64,000 nucleotides of DNA from a virus, in IMG/VR virus record IMGVR_UViG_3300025141_016305, positions 64,001 through 128,000 of that record. One strand, given 5' to 3'. The stretch's first letter is position 1; every line of letters starts with the position of its first letter. The notes beneath the pieces are model-generated. The model had not been told where the DNA came from, did no database searches, and saw only the letters and a program-made list of their open reading frames with translations. Positions 38,802 through 49,637 of this stretch are shown in pieces. The position numbers were made by a program, and so were the translations under genes.

Positions 38802-41800
38802 TTACTCTTCACTCTCATCGCACAAATCATCTTCGTCAAGTAGATCTGAACAATTCTTCTTTACCAGCTCTCTTTCTCCTTTTATTTCCGGAGTAGCTAA
38901 GGCTAAATTAGTAAATACTGTCATTGGATGTCCATAACGACCGTATTGACCTATTTTCCACTTAAGGTCCCAACCCACATCTACTTCCATACACGGGGCC
39001 GCGAAAGCAAAAGAAAGGTCCATCATAGACAGGGGGCCACCGATGGAATAAGACAACATTCTACTAACAGTAGTTCCAAGTGCTTCCCACCCGGATGTGT
39101 TACTAGGGCCATGGGATAGTAATTCGCGACTAGTCGCGAACGGCTTGGGCGTAAGCAAATACGCAGATAGATACATATCTGCTAGAGCCGTTGGAAAAAT
39201 AGGGGCATATTTGCCATGGCCGGAGCCTCCTTCTTGTCTTCTTCGAGTCCTATCTATTAGGCCGGCCGGCATTTCATTCGTATTTCCGGCTGTAATAAAC
39301 TTTAGATCTGAATTTCTAAGATTCTTTAGATTACAATTTGAGTAATGATATCTCATCTCTTTATATGCAGGGTCTAAAACATTAGCAATTCCGCGCAAAA
39401 CTATCGATGGCATTTGCTTTATAATTTCATACAAATCCTCCACAAACATCTTAAGTAGATCTGTATCAAAAGGAAAATCAAAACAAGGCAAATTCGATCC
39501 GTCTGATAATGAACTTTGCAAATTCATCTTTAACATTTCTGATTGTGTAACATCCGACATGAAATTTAATTTTTCTTTTGGTGATAGCGAGCATACAAGA
39601 AAAACACTAGCTAGACTAGATTTTGCACCGGTGAGCAGACCGCCGGCGGTACGTGGGTCAGCCGGAATCTTTCCATATCCTCCTAGAATACTAGTGGAAA
39701 AAACTGTGGCTATAGACATATACCTTTTTACTGGAAAAATGTATTCTAAAGCCAACTTGCATTCTGGCTTTTCTATTAGCTTATGTAGCCTTTCGTTTTT
39801 AGAATGAATGTACTGATTTTGTATATTTACAATCGAAAAATTTTGAAAACCTACATCCTCTTCATGTGAAGCTAACGGGTGACTATATAAATATTTCTGT
39901 TCACCTTCTCTCGCCACTGTCTTATAACACCTCTCCTCGTTGGAAAGGTTACCATATGCTTCAGATCCGACCTTTTCTATTATTGATTCAAACAGAGCAG
40001 TTGAATCTTCACTAGGTGTATTGTGCATCAGGCGAACTCCGTAATTCACAACGGAGGAATCAAAAAGTGAATCAGTTTGTCGATATAATTCTGTCATGAA
40101 AGTATCTTTAAATTTATTATAAAAATAATAAACCCCTGTTTCTTCTAAAGCGCACACCCAAGAATCGTGCTGTTTTTGTATGCTTCTTCTTAAAAAGGTT
40201 TTCGCATGGCGCTGTATGTGATTTGTATAGCTGTTTCCAAAACCAAAACGATACAGGTGGTAATAATTAGATATTGTTGCAGCTCGGATTTTATCTCTTA
40301 CAAGATTATATTTGTCGCGACTAAAAAAGGTAGCTATCTTTTGATGCCTCTCCATTCCAGGAAAGCCGTTGAGCGCGATATCATTTAAATTGGTAAAGTC
40401 CAAAACATGATTTAGTGGATCTACAGCTGGTTGCCCATTCGGCAGGCGAGGTACTGATGATTCAAGACTGTTCATCAAATATAAATTAATCTCTGTGAAG
40501 TGATCTTTGAATCTTATTAATTCTGTTGGCAAATCAGTGTTGTTTGCTGTAAAAATATCATCAACAAACCGACTACTATTTATTCTATCTTCAACGATGA
40601 ATTCAAAATTTTGAAGCTGCTTTTTCAAAAATCTAAACACCAGCAACATATCATCCCTATATCTTATAAACGCTGGTGAAGTTAAAATACGTTGGGATGC
40701 TAAATTGATTAGCAGCGAGTCTTTATTCATTCTATGAGATTTGTACGCTTCAAAAAACTCATCGGGATTATAGCGGTCGTCGCCTAAAAATGGTGAGAAG
40801 CCACACATCATGTCTGGAATCTCAACGGAAGGAATTATATGTTCCACTTGTGCCCTTGTGCTGTTATTATCCCAATTTGTACTATACCGAGATTGGGATA
40901 TGTCCACTAACCCTCTCTCAACTCGGACTTGCTCTTCAACCAAGTCTGCATAAAATATCTCTGGGTCGACGCCATCTGCAAAGCCCTGGATTCTCCTGAT
41001 CAGCGGCGATGATAAATCTTCGAAATCAAGACCAGTGTCCTCCTCGAAAGCATTTGCTTGATGTCTAGAGGCGGCATCTAAGCGATCTGCGTCTTCGCGA
41101 ATGATACCTGATCTTATCCTGCCAGCGCTAGGTAATAATATATCTCTCACTCTTTCGAACTGTGCTTGTGTGATTTCTATGAATCGACCTTGGGGGCCCA
41201 TGTATTGGCCTCCCAATTGTGGAGTTCCAGTTTCGTCTCCAACATAATAACCGTAGCGACCCGTTCCAGTAACTGTATACTCGTCACCACCTAAAACATC
41301 ACTCTTTTCTGGGAGCCAACTTGGCATTGTTGTTCTTCCCCAAAAAGACTCCACTCTTCTCTGTTTAAACCAGTGTAATATATTTGCAATTGAAATGGCC
41401 AACTTATTTCTTAATCTTGCCGGTTGAAGAGGGGTAGCAACTATAGTGTTACCAGTTCTTTGCAATCTATCTGGTAGAGTATTCATGTTTAGTGCCGTAT
41501 TATAAAGAAAGTTTAAACCATACCTTTGTTGGCTTTTTAAGTTTTTAAAATGCTCTCTTCTCTTTCCCAATTCATCAGTAAAGATTACTTCTTCTACAGT
41601 TCCCAAAGCATAATTTATATTTCCCAAATTCGCCCGGGTTGGATCTGCGTCGGGGTTTCCAAGAAAAGCGTTTTCTACTTGTTCAAATATTTTCCTAGAT
41701 GCGCTTAGAAAATTAATTCCAGTGTCTTCCTCAAATTGTTCCATTGATGCCGCAGCGGCAGCAGAAAGGGCTTGACCCTCTGCAATATTTCTGGCCTCTG

Positions 41801-44800
41801 GAGATAATATGTCTCTTATTCTTTGAAATTGTTCCTCTGTAAGCTCTTTGAATTCACCACCCTCTATGTAACCCCTTCTTCCTGTTGTGTGGCTGCTAGT
41901 CTCTTCGCCAGGGTTTGTATAAAACAAATAATTTGGTGGTCTCTTAAGAATATTTTTATTATCTTTCATGAGATAGCCACAATCCGCAAACAACTTATCT
42001 ATGTCTGCTTGATTGTTCGAGAAATTGCCTAGGCCTTCGTCTGCTTCTATTTTACATGCGTAGGAATATATTTTTGACACGGAACAAAAAGACTTTCTAT
42101 TGTTATCCCTTTTTTGTAAGTTACTTTGTCTTATGAAGTAAGGAAAATTTGAAATTCTCTCGATTACATCATTGTATTTTTTTGACCTAGTTTGATCAGT
42201 AGAGTCTGGATTCATTGTCGCATATGCGTTTTCTATCATTTCAATATACTCATCAATGACCTTTTTAATCGCCCTCTTTAATAAGTCTTTTCGAAAATCT
42301 ACGGATGAAGTGTCTGAAAACTCCATCACTCTTGGTGTTACAACTTTTGAAAACACCTCTTTTATTGCGCCATCTCTATCATCTACGACTTGTGTAATCA
42401 AAATTCTAACTGGTACAATGTAGTCATTTACACCTAGGACCTTTTGGTTCGGAGGGTTTAGTCCCCGGTCAGTAGCCGAGAATTTCCCAGTTGTTATGTT
42501 ACGCGCAAACTCTTCTATTTTGTTAAACAAGACTTGGCGATCGAACCTTCTAACTTGATTCCCAACTCGAACTTCAGAAGAAATGTAAGGATTGTACCCC
42601 ATAGAGTGTGCTAATCCCACAGAGGTTATATTTTCTCTTGCACCCTTTGTGCATAGAACTAAATTTTGCAATTCTGCATTGCCAGGATTTATAATTTTTT
42701 CAATATACTGACCTTTGCGGGCTTCATCAGGGGGCGTGCCGGCATGTAAATCAGTCTCTTCCTCTAGATAATCTAACAGCTTCTTAAACGATTGTGTAAC
42801 TGGATCATCTGGCATCTGCGATGGCCATGTTGAGATAGCTTGATCATCACTGGCGCCAGGAGAATTAAAAATTATTGATGAATGACCTTTTAAATCAACC
42901 ACTGTCTCAACCCATCTCTCGGTGAAACCCTTTTCTGGGAGATCTTCTGTGTTTTCTTGTTCGGCATCTGTAATGGTTGAGTATAATGTTTCCAATTCAT
43001 TAAAATCTTGTTCTGGCATTTCTCCATAAACATTTAAGAAAACGGTCTTACCATTGCGAAGCTTGATCCAATCGTTTGGAAAGTTGTTATTGTTTATTAT
43101 TACTCTAGTCCCATCGGCGCCGTATCTATAAACATTAAGCCAAGGAGCATCTGGATCCAAAGGAGTGTGGTTAGTATTTCCAATTCCCAACATCTTATAT
43201 CCGCGGGAGATGGTATTAGAATCCTGGTCTGGATGGTCGACATTGTAAAGAGACTTTAAAAGTGCTCGGTCGGTCAAACCCTGAAATGTTATTTCTCTTT
43301 CGTCTGAAGTGTAATCTACTGTTGTTTCTCCATCCATAGGAATAAGATAAAATCTATTGCTTTCTTTTGTAAAACTATTTGGTAGAAATAATTTTTGCAT
43401 TTGCCTTGTAATCGTTCCAGCGGTGGACAAAGAGAGATCAAGATCTTGAGTATTAAAAAGCGAAGAGATATCTTCTTGTTTGTGATCGAAAAAATCGTAT
43501 GGATTGCCAGCATTTGATACGTTTAAAACCTGCCGCTGCCTTTTTATAAACCGGCCAGGGGACCTTTTAATGACCTCTGCTAAGTGATGAGCCTTGCTTT
43601 CAAGATTTTCAGTGGAAATAAAGCCGAACTTTGGTAAAATTGCATTGTCATATCTTCTTGTTAGTCCGTTAATTTGAGTAAATAAATTTTTTAAATCTTC
43701 TATACTATATATTTCTTGGTTTTTCCAAGCTTCAAGAGGATCCTCTGTCCCATCCAGAAAAGACAAGTCAGGAGCAAAGTCACCGCCTTGCATACTTAAA
43801 CTTAATAGACTATCAGGGAGAGCCTTAAGGATCCCGCCAGATGGTGGAAAAATACTATCTGTTGTTTGTTTTAAGGTTAAGTTTGTTGATGGGTCCTCTT
43901 CTGTTTCTATTACCGCCAGAAACTCATCAAAAGCCCTAGTCGTATCAAGCGTTAAATTGCTAAAATCTGCAAGCCCACCTTCTACTCTAATATAATGTTC
44001 GATTGATAGAAATGGATCATTTAAAATTTCAGTTTCAGGAATCGATGTTTTCCAAAGTTGCCGGTTGCCAAAAATCTCCTCAGTAATATCGCTAGATACG
44101 TCGACGTTTGGAATATTGTTTATGAACCAATCGCGATAAGAAACAGAAACATTATTATATATCTTTTTAGATAAATCTGGCATCAACAACAATTCGGTGG
44201 ATACCATCTTATCTACTGCTTTCTGGCCATCAGAAATGTTTGTTATTTTTTCCGCTACTGGTCTCCATATGTCTTTTAGAGATTGGCTTTTTTGTAATTC
44301 ACTATAGACGTATCTGGAGATAAAATCACTGTAAAACTGATCACCTAATACACCTTCGACATCCCATTCTGAATATGGTATTGAGCCCTTTAGCATAAGC
44401 TCGATCAAACAGATTCGAACAAAACCTTTCAGCGTTGCCACCTGTATAGCACTCTCTATGGGTCCGGGTTTTGAATAGTCTAAATTTTGTGGCTGATTTT
44501 CTGGCTTTGCAAGTTCTGTTGCTACAAGATCCGGAATCTCTTCTATCACCATTTTATCGAAAGATAAAATTCCATAATGACTTAGGTTAAATCGATTTCT
44601 AAGGCAGCCAGTAGTTTCATCTATATATCTGCCGCGGATACGATCACCAACGCGTTGGCCATAAGCCTCATCAAACATTCTAGAGCCCCTCAATTTAAAG
44701 AATATTTGTTCCATGATTCCTTCGAAACTCTTCTGATAGAGAGAATCGGTACCGGGGCCGTATATTAAATTCCTCGCGTCACTGTCACTTGGCATTGCAT

Positions 44801-47800
44801 ATTGTACATTGGAGTCGTAACTGTATCTACTTAAGTCTTCGTTGATTTTACTTAAGTATTGCTGAGCGAAAACCTCTCTTTTGGATATAATTTCCTGCTG
44901 TGGCGAAGGTTCGATTGACCTAAGCAGAAGATTTTGAAACTCTTCTGGAATGGGGTCACAATATCTAAAGTGCTGTTCTTCTGGGAAGAGCTTGTTGTCT
45001 TTTACGATTATGACTTGCGAGTCTTTATCCAGATAAGTTCCAAACTCCTTTAAAGAAATTTCTGGACCGAAGTCCTTCACCTCTCTTGGGAACTTAAGAG
45101 TCAAAACATTCTCAACAGATGTGCTAATTACGGATTGACGACCTTCATACTCTCGCCTATTTTCTTGGGCAATATCATGTACATCCTTTAGAAATACCAT
45201 ATATTCCGATTTTGTTTGTGTGGCAAAAACCTTTGGTGCTTCTCTTTCCAATATTTGTGATAATTCTCTGAGTCTTTCAAGTAATTTATTTTGCTTTTCT
45301 GGTAGTGTGATTTTATCCCCTACAAACTCATTTTCTTGCCCTTCTGCCAAGCGAATATTCGCGGCATCTTCCGAAAAGAAGTCCTTAAAAACCAACAAAT
45401 CTTTGAAATTTTGAGTTTCTGCAGTTGTGACCTCTTCCCCAAACCCAATTGGTGATAGAACCACTTGTAATGCCGCGGAGTCTTCCGGGCTTAGGTTCTT
45501 TAGTTGCTCTACGCTTATGACCGTTGGTGGCGAAAAGTTTTCTCTATACTTAACAGTTACAAAACTTCTCTCCTCAGTTGAAGGATCAATGTATTCTGCT
45601 GCCTCATAAACACTATATAAAATCTGGAACTGTTCCTCTATCGACTCTTGTGTTATAACTTGCTGAAATCTATCTCCTTGACTAGCATATCTTCTTATTG
45701 ATTCTGCTGCAGATTCGAACCTCAAGACTGCAGTGGCGTTGAAATTTGGATCTCCAGGGCGGGCGACACTCGGTACTTCTGTTGATAAGTTTGGAACAAA
45801 GGCTCCAAGAGAATTAACATAGGATGATTTTGCTTTTTCAAAAACACCTTTTGTTGTTCTTTCAATTGCCTCATTTAAACTATTTGGAAAAGAATTGAAC
45901 AGTGCATTTGAGTCGCCAACTCTAAATAGTTCTTCAGCTATTGGAGCTAAGCCATTTTCAGATAGGGCCTTTTGAGCTTCGAATTCGTCCAAAAGGTTCT
46001 GCTCTGCTAACTCTAAAGCTCTCCTAATTTCGTCATCTTGGACATTATCATTAGCCATAATCTTACGACGAATTTCATTCAACACTTCTGTTGTGGTTTC
46101 GCAAGTTGCGGCGCCAGCTATAGTACTGGTGGCTTGCAAGGCATCACACAGCGTAGATGGGACAAATGAACTAATAGTGTCAAAAAACTCAATTATATCT
46201 TCGTGAGTTTGAAAGCTATTCTGTAAATCAAATGTTTGAGAGAGGCGCCCAAGTATTCCCACCGCAGAGGGAGGGATTGGCTCACCAGAAAAAAGTCTAC
46301 ACAACTCTTCCCCTGAAAGTGTCCTCAAGGAAGCGTCTATGAAATCTGCGGCCTTCTCTCTATCTTCGTTTTCTAGTCGCAAATTAAACATTGCATCAGC
46401 CAGTGCTTTTTGTACAAAAGGAGACAAGCCTTCACCGCTTCCAAATGTGTTGGAAAACTGATCGGCACAGAATGGAAATTCTAAAAATTGAAGTATGGTA
46501 CGTAAAAATGTGCATATCAATCTATTAATAATCTCTTGCAATTTTTTATATAAAAGATCAAGAAAATCCACATCAAAACCAAAAATTGGTATTCTATCTG
46601 GTATTGGTATATTAAAGTTTGGTATTTTTATTGAAAACCCCGGAAGTTTTGCACACTTTAAATAATCACAAAGCAAACCAGTTAAATTAAGCTTTTTAAA
46701 AATCTCCTCTTTTAAGAGGTGTGCATTACATGTATCACCAAGCATGCTCAGTATCTCGTCTTTACCATAAGGGGTATCTGCAACATTTTTTGTTAGAAAA
46801 TTAATTTCTGTTAGTTTTTCTGCCCATTCAACTTGTGCTTGTGCGCCTTGTTTGGCCCACGAGCCAGCTTTGTGCCAATAGGCTTCATCCTCGTTTGTGC
46901 TTGTTCCGCTAGCGGAGATTCCCAGATTAAATGTGTGCTCCAACAAATAAGCAATTCCATTTTTTGGATCAAAAAGATCAGCGCAGCCGAAACCACCAGT
47001 ATCAACTTGATTTGATATATTGTCTGTAATTCCACTCACAATTGGAATTGGAGTGCTTGTCATTTGTCTGATTCTTGCCAAATACCCGACAGCATATGGT
47101 TTCATAAACTCCGTCGGCGCATGTACCTCTCTTGACCTAGGTGTCATACCGGGGGCGCGGGGTGCCATAACTGCAGTGTCTTCATATATAATTGCATTGC
47201 TTGTGACTATTTTGCTTATTATGATCACCGGGGATTTTGAAATAATTCGCTCCCGGGCGCGGTCTGTTTCGTAGTCTCCTAGTAAGCCCAAGCCTTCATT
47301 GCCCGGAATTGTAAAATCAAAATGAATTGTTATTTCTGGTGCGAATAGACCTAAATCAGCCCTGGGTGTGTTTGTTGTTATGAAACTAGGATCTCTTTCA
47401 TTGACAAGTGCCTTGATTTGATCCACAAGCATTTGTAAATTATTTGCCTCTTGCAAGGGGTCAAATCCACTGGGGTCAAACTGAAATCGTGCCTCTTTTG
47501 CTTGTTTTGCAGCTTCCCTTATATCTTCTTTGGCCACCTGCAATCTTCTGTCCAACTCTGCGATATCTATGGAAATAGAAAGGGGCGTTGTTTGAAAAGT
47601 GTTCAAAAAATCTGATGCTTTCGGATCAGAATCTGCAGCTAATTTAGACAAAGAGACAAGCGATTCGCCAATTATCTCGCTACCGTCAAATCTACCAAAC
47701 GGACCTAGGTCAATATCTATTCGAGACCTTTCTTGTGCTGACAATTCAGAATCTTCACGTGAAACTTTTAGGGCGGCCTCTCTAAATCTTCTGACTATTT

Positions 47801-49622
47801 CTCTTCTGTTTGCTGCAGCGTACGCTCTATATTCTTTAAATCTTCTTTTGTTTTCTTCTGGGGATAAATCTTCGCATGCCTCATCAATCCTAGCCGCTAG
47901 AGGATCCGGGACAGTATCTGTATAAGAGGACTCTTCTGGGTCGAGTGCAGGAGCTTCTTGAGTTGATATTGAGTACCCTTCCGTTATTAGATTTAATTTA
48001 TCTACATTTATTTCAAAATAGGCACGATAAGGGTCCCCGGTACGAAACGAAGGGGTTCGATATTGAATGAATTTAATTAATGGCTCTTGAAGGTTCAAAC
48101 CCTCTATTTCATCATAAAACTGAACTTCTGATTCTACTATTTCATTTGATTTTGAAAGATTTTCCCTTGTTGTTAATACCCAATATTTAGATCTATCTTC
48201 ACTTGCTATATCGTGCGGAAGCATGTTTGAATGTTCTGGCTGTGGTATGTCCGAGCCCACTACAAAATACTCATCCAAAAACTCTATTTTATCTTTATAT
48301 ATGTACCAGATATCTGGCTTATTATAAAAATCTAACACTTTACTTAAGGCTTTGTCTTCCAAAGATTTTATTGTTTCGGGATCATAATTAAAAATATTTT
48401 CAAAAGTAAACTCTGTGATATCGAAAAATCCAACTGTTTTACTATTCACAACAAATGGATCCGGATCTGTCAGGGGGTCTGGTTGCAAAGCTCTCTCTAT
48501 GTAACCTCTTGCTTGTTCTAAATCAATCGTAGGATCTATTTCATCCTCTGCAATCATTTCCATTGTTTTTACGGCGGCATCATATAATATACTAGCCTTT
48601 GCGGAATCTTGGCCGGTGGCTTTTGGTCTTGCCTTATAAATTATAGAAGCAGCAGACATAGAAATACTTTCTTCCGTCCCGCCAGAACGAACAGCTTCGG
48701 CGCTTGGAGAATCTTGCCCTAAGCGGCTGGCACTTTGCAGCACGGGACCCCTAGGGCGGATTGGGTCCCAATCATAAGAAGCTGGTGCCTTTTCTTTGAA
48801 AATAGCAACGTGGCCTTGGTTGTCTTTTAATGAATTCAAAACGTCTAGAGAGGCGAGCGGAAATGCAGGGGCGAATATTGCTCCTTGGCTTTCTGCAGAG
48901 TCTGGGCGTTGCGCTAAGAGGAGACTAACAAACCGGTTAAATAATTCATATGGTATTATATCTACAACTAGGCCCCCTTCCGCTGTCCCAAAACTTACTT
49001 CTTGTACTGTCCCATCCAAAACTATTGGTCTGGTTATAACATCCTCTCTATGGTAGTACCCTTCATTTGAAAGACCGGAAGCCTGAGGGAGCCATCCATG
49101 CATAACTGCAAGAGTCGCTTCTCCAAGTTGGCCATACTCTCTTTCAAACAAAGTTATAATTGAATCAATAACCTGCAAAGTTAGTGATTCTTTTCTTGCA
49201 ATTTTGCTAGCATTTGAAAGATCATTATACTCAACACCTTTTTCCAACTCGTTCAATTCAGCTATCATTCTATTGACACCAAATTTGTTAAAAAGATAAC
49301 AAAGTATAAAAAACTGGTTATCTAGTTGATATTTCATTATTCGAGATTGCAGGTCTTTATTGAAGGTTGCAACATCTCTAGGCGTAGAGCCAACTCCGGA
49401 AACACAGTCAAACCACCCATTTGGATCGTATGCTACGCCCTCATTTGCTTCTTCTTGTGGAGGTAGGTCTTGGGCTCTAACGACGGACCCTAAAGCTAAT
49501 TTAACAGCGGATATGTCACTACCGATATCGCCTATTTTTCGAGGTCCGAAAGATAAAGTTCTCTCTCCCTTGTCTGTAGTGTGCGTTACTTCTAGCTTGA
49601 ATGATCTGATCGTACTAGACAT
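38802..49622 (-). CDS. Giant acidic protein (3606 aa) with a degenerate N-terminal peptidoglycan-binding-like motif
   Basis: Single 10.8-kb ORF with GGAG RBS between the gp5-like and gp25-like genes; GDIGSDISAVKLAL...FNKDLQSRIMKYQ...GQLGEATLAVM. Confidence 0.7.
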   Translation of the reverse strand: MSSTIRSFKLEVTHTTDKGERTLSFGPRKIGDIGSDISAVKLALGSVVRAQDLPPQEEANEGVAYDPNGWFDCVSGVGSTPRDVATFNKDLQSRIMKYQLDNQFFILCYLFNKFGVNRMIAELNELEKGVEYNDLSNASKIARKESLTLQVIDSIITLFEREYGQLGEATLAVMHGWLPQASGLSNEGYYHREDVITRPIVLDGTVQEVSFGTAEGGLVVDIIPYELFNRFVSLLLAQRPDSAESQGAIFAPAFPLASLDVLNSLKDNQGHVAIFKEKAPASYDWDPIRPRGPVLQSASRLGQDSPSAEAVRSGGTEESISMSAASIIYKARPKATGQDSAKASILYDAAVKTMEMIAEDEIDPTIDLEQARGYIERALQPDPLTDPDPFVVNSKTVGFFDITEFTFENIFNYDPETIKSLEDKALSKVLDFYNKPDIWYIYKDKIEFLDEYFVVGSDIPQPEHSNMLPHDIASEDRSKYWVLTTRENLSKSNEIVESEVQFYDEIEGLNLQEPLIKFIQYRTPSFRTGDPYRAYFEINVDKLNLITEGYSISTQEAPALDPEESSYTDTVPDPLAARIDEACEDLSPEENKRRFKEYRAYAAANRREIVRRFREAALKVSREDSELSAQERSRIDIDLGPFGRFDGSEIIGESLVSLSKLAADSDPKASDFLNTFQTTPLSISIDIAELDRRLQVAKEDIREAAKQAKEARFQFDPSGFDPLQEANNLQMLVDQIKALVNERDPSFITTNTPRADLGLFAPEITIHFDFTIPGNEGLGLLGDYETDRARERIISKSPVIIISKIVTSNAIIYEDTAVMAPRAPGMTPRSREVHAPTEFMKPYAVGYLARIRQMTSTPIPIVSGITDNISNQVDTGGFGCADLFDPKNGIAYLLEHTFNLGISASGTSTNEDEAYWHKAGSWAKQGAQAQVEWAEKLTEINFLTKNVADTPYGKDEILSMLGDTCNAHLLKEEIFKKLNLTGLLCDYLKCAKLPGFSIKIPNFNIPIPDRIPIFGFDVDFLDLLYKKLQEIINRLICTFLRTILQFLEFPFCADQFSNTFGSGEGLSPFVQKALADAMFNLRLENEDREKAADFIDASLRTLSGEELCRLFSGEPIPPSAVGILGRLSQTFDLQNSFQTHEDIIEFFDTISSFVPSTLCDALQATSTIAGAATCETTTEVLNEIRRKIMANDNVQDDEIRRALELAEQNLLDEFEAQKALSENGLAPIAEELFRVGDSNALFNSFPNSLNEAIERTTKGVFEKAKSSYVNSLGAFVPNLSTEVPSVARPGDPNFNATAVLRFESAAESIRRYASQGDRFQQVITQESIEEQFQILYSVYEAAEYIDPSTEERSFVTVKYRENFSPPTVISVEQLKNLSPEDSAALQVVLSPIGFGEEVTTAETQNFKDLLVFKDFFSEDAANIRLAEGQENEFVGDKITLPEKQNKLLERLRELSQILEREAPKVFATQTKSEYMVFLKDVHDIAQENRREYEGRQSVISTSVENVLTLKFPREVKDFGPEISLKEFGTYLDKDSQVIIVKDNKLFPEEQHFRYCDPIPEEFQNLLLRSIEPSPQQEIISKREVFAQQYLSKINEDLSRYSYDSNVQYAMPSDSDARNLIYGPGTDSLYQKSFEGIMEQIFFKLRGSRMFDEAYGQRVGDRIRGRYIDETTGCLRNRFNLSHYGILSFDKMVIEEIPDLVATELAKPENQPQNLDYSKPGPIESAIQVATLKGFVRICLIELMLKGSIPYSEWDVEGVLGDQFYSDFISRYVYSELQKSQSLKDIWRPVAEKITNISDGQKAVDKMVSTELLLMPDLSKKIYNNVSVSYRDWFINNIPNVDVSSDITEEIFGNRQLWKTSIPETEILNDPFLSIEHYIRVEGGLADFSNLTLDTTRAFDEFLAVIETEEDPSTNLTLKQTTDSIFPPSGGILKALPDSLLSLSMQGGDFAPDLSFLDGTEDPLEAWKNQEIYSIEDLKNLFTQINGLTRRYDNAILPKFGFISTENLESKAHHLAEVIKRSPGRFIKRQRQVLNVSNAGNPYDFFDHKQEDISSLFNTQDLDLSLSTAGTITRQMQKLFLPNSFTKESNRFYLIPMDGETTVDYTSDEREITFQGLTDRALLKSLYNVDHPDQDSNTISRGYKMLGIGNTNHTPLDPDAPWLNVYRYGADGTRVIINNNNFPNDWIKLRNGKTVFLNVYGEMPEQDFNELETLYSTITDAEQENTEDLPEKGFTERWVETVVDLKGHSSIIFNSPGASDDQAISTWPSQMPDDPVTQSFKKLLDYLEEETDLHAGTPPDEARKGQYIEKIINPGNAELQNLVLCTKGARENITSVGLAHSMGYNPYISSEVRVGNQVRRFDRQVLFNKIEEFARNITTGKFSATDRGLNPPNQKVLGVNDYIVPVRILITQVVDDRDGAIKEVFSKVVTPRVMEFSDTSSVDFRKDLLKRAIKKVIDEYIEMIENAYATMNPDSTDQTRSKKYNDVIERISNFPYFIRQSNLQKRDNNRKSFCSVSKIYSYACKIEADEGLGNFSNNQADIDKLFADCGYLMKDNKNILKRPPNYLFYTNPGEETSSHTTGRRGYIEGGEFKELTEEQFQRIRDILSPEARNIAEGQALSAAAAASMEQFEEDTGINFLSASRKIFEQVENAFLGNPDADPTRANLGNINYALGTVEEVIFTDELGKRREHFKNLKSQQRYGLNFLYNTALNMNTLPDRLQRTGNTIVATPLQPARLRNKLAISIANILHWFKQRRVESFWGRTTMPSWLPEKSDVLGGDEYTVTGTGRYGYYVGDETGTPQLGGQYMGPQGRFIEITQAQFERVRDILLPSAGRIRSGIIREDADRLDAASRHQANAFEEDTGLDFEDLSSPLIRRIQGFADGVDPEIFYADLVEEQVRVERGLVDISQSRYSTNWDNNSTRAQVEHIIPSVEIPDMMCGFSPFLGDDRYNPDEFFEAYKSHRMNKDSLLINLASQRILTSPAFIRYRDDMLLVFRFLKKQLQNFEFIVEDRINSSRFVDDIFTANNTDLPTELIRFKDHFTEINLYLMNSLESSVPRLPNGQPAVDPLNHVLDFTNLNDIALNGFPGMERHQKIATFFSRDKYNLVRDKIRAATISNYYHLYRFGFGNSYTNHIQRHAKTFLRRSIQKQHDSWVCALEETGVYYFYNKFKDTFMTELYRQTDSLFDSSVVNYGVRLMHNTPSEDSTALFESIIEKVGSEAYGNLSNEERCYKTVAREGEQKYLYSHPLASHEEDVGFQNFSIVNIQNQYIHSKNERLHKLIEKPECKLALEYIFPVKRYMSIATVFSTSILGGYGKIPADPRTAGGLLTGAKSSLASVFLVCSLSPKEKLNFMSDVTQSEMLKMNLQSSLSDGSNLPCFDFPFDTDLLKMFVEDLYEIIKQMPSIVLRGIANVLDPAYKEMRYHYSNCNLKNLRNSDLKFITAGNTNEMPAGLIDRTRRRQEGGSGHGKYAPIFPTALADMYLSAYLLTPKPFATSRELLSHGPSNTSGWEALGTTVSRMLSYSIGGPLSMMDLSFAFAAPCMEVDVGWDLKWKIGQYGRYGHPMTVFTNLALATPEIKGERELVKKNCSDLLDEDDLCDESEE
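40960..41885 (-). repeat. Two diverged internal repeats (about 70-80 aa) in the 3606-aa protein
   Basis: GEFKELTEEQFQRIRDILSP...FEEDTGINF versus GRFIEITQAQFERVRDILLP...FEEDTGLDF. Confidence 0.8.
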
Positions 49623-49637
49623 ATTTTATATTCTCCG

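Noticed and set aside
38802-49622. Calling the 3606-aa protein a tape measure or virion RNA polymerase
   Set aside because: It lacks the Ala/Gly-rich periodic repeats of tape measures, and I found no DxDGD catalytic motif.
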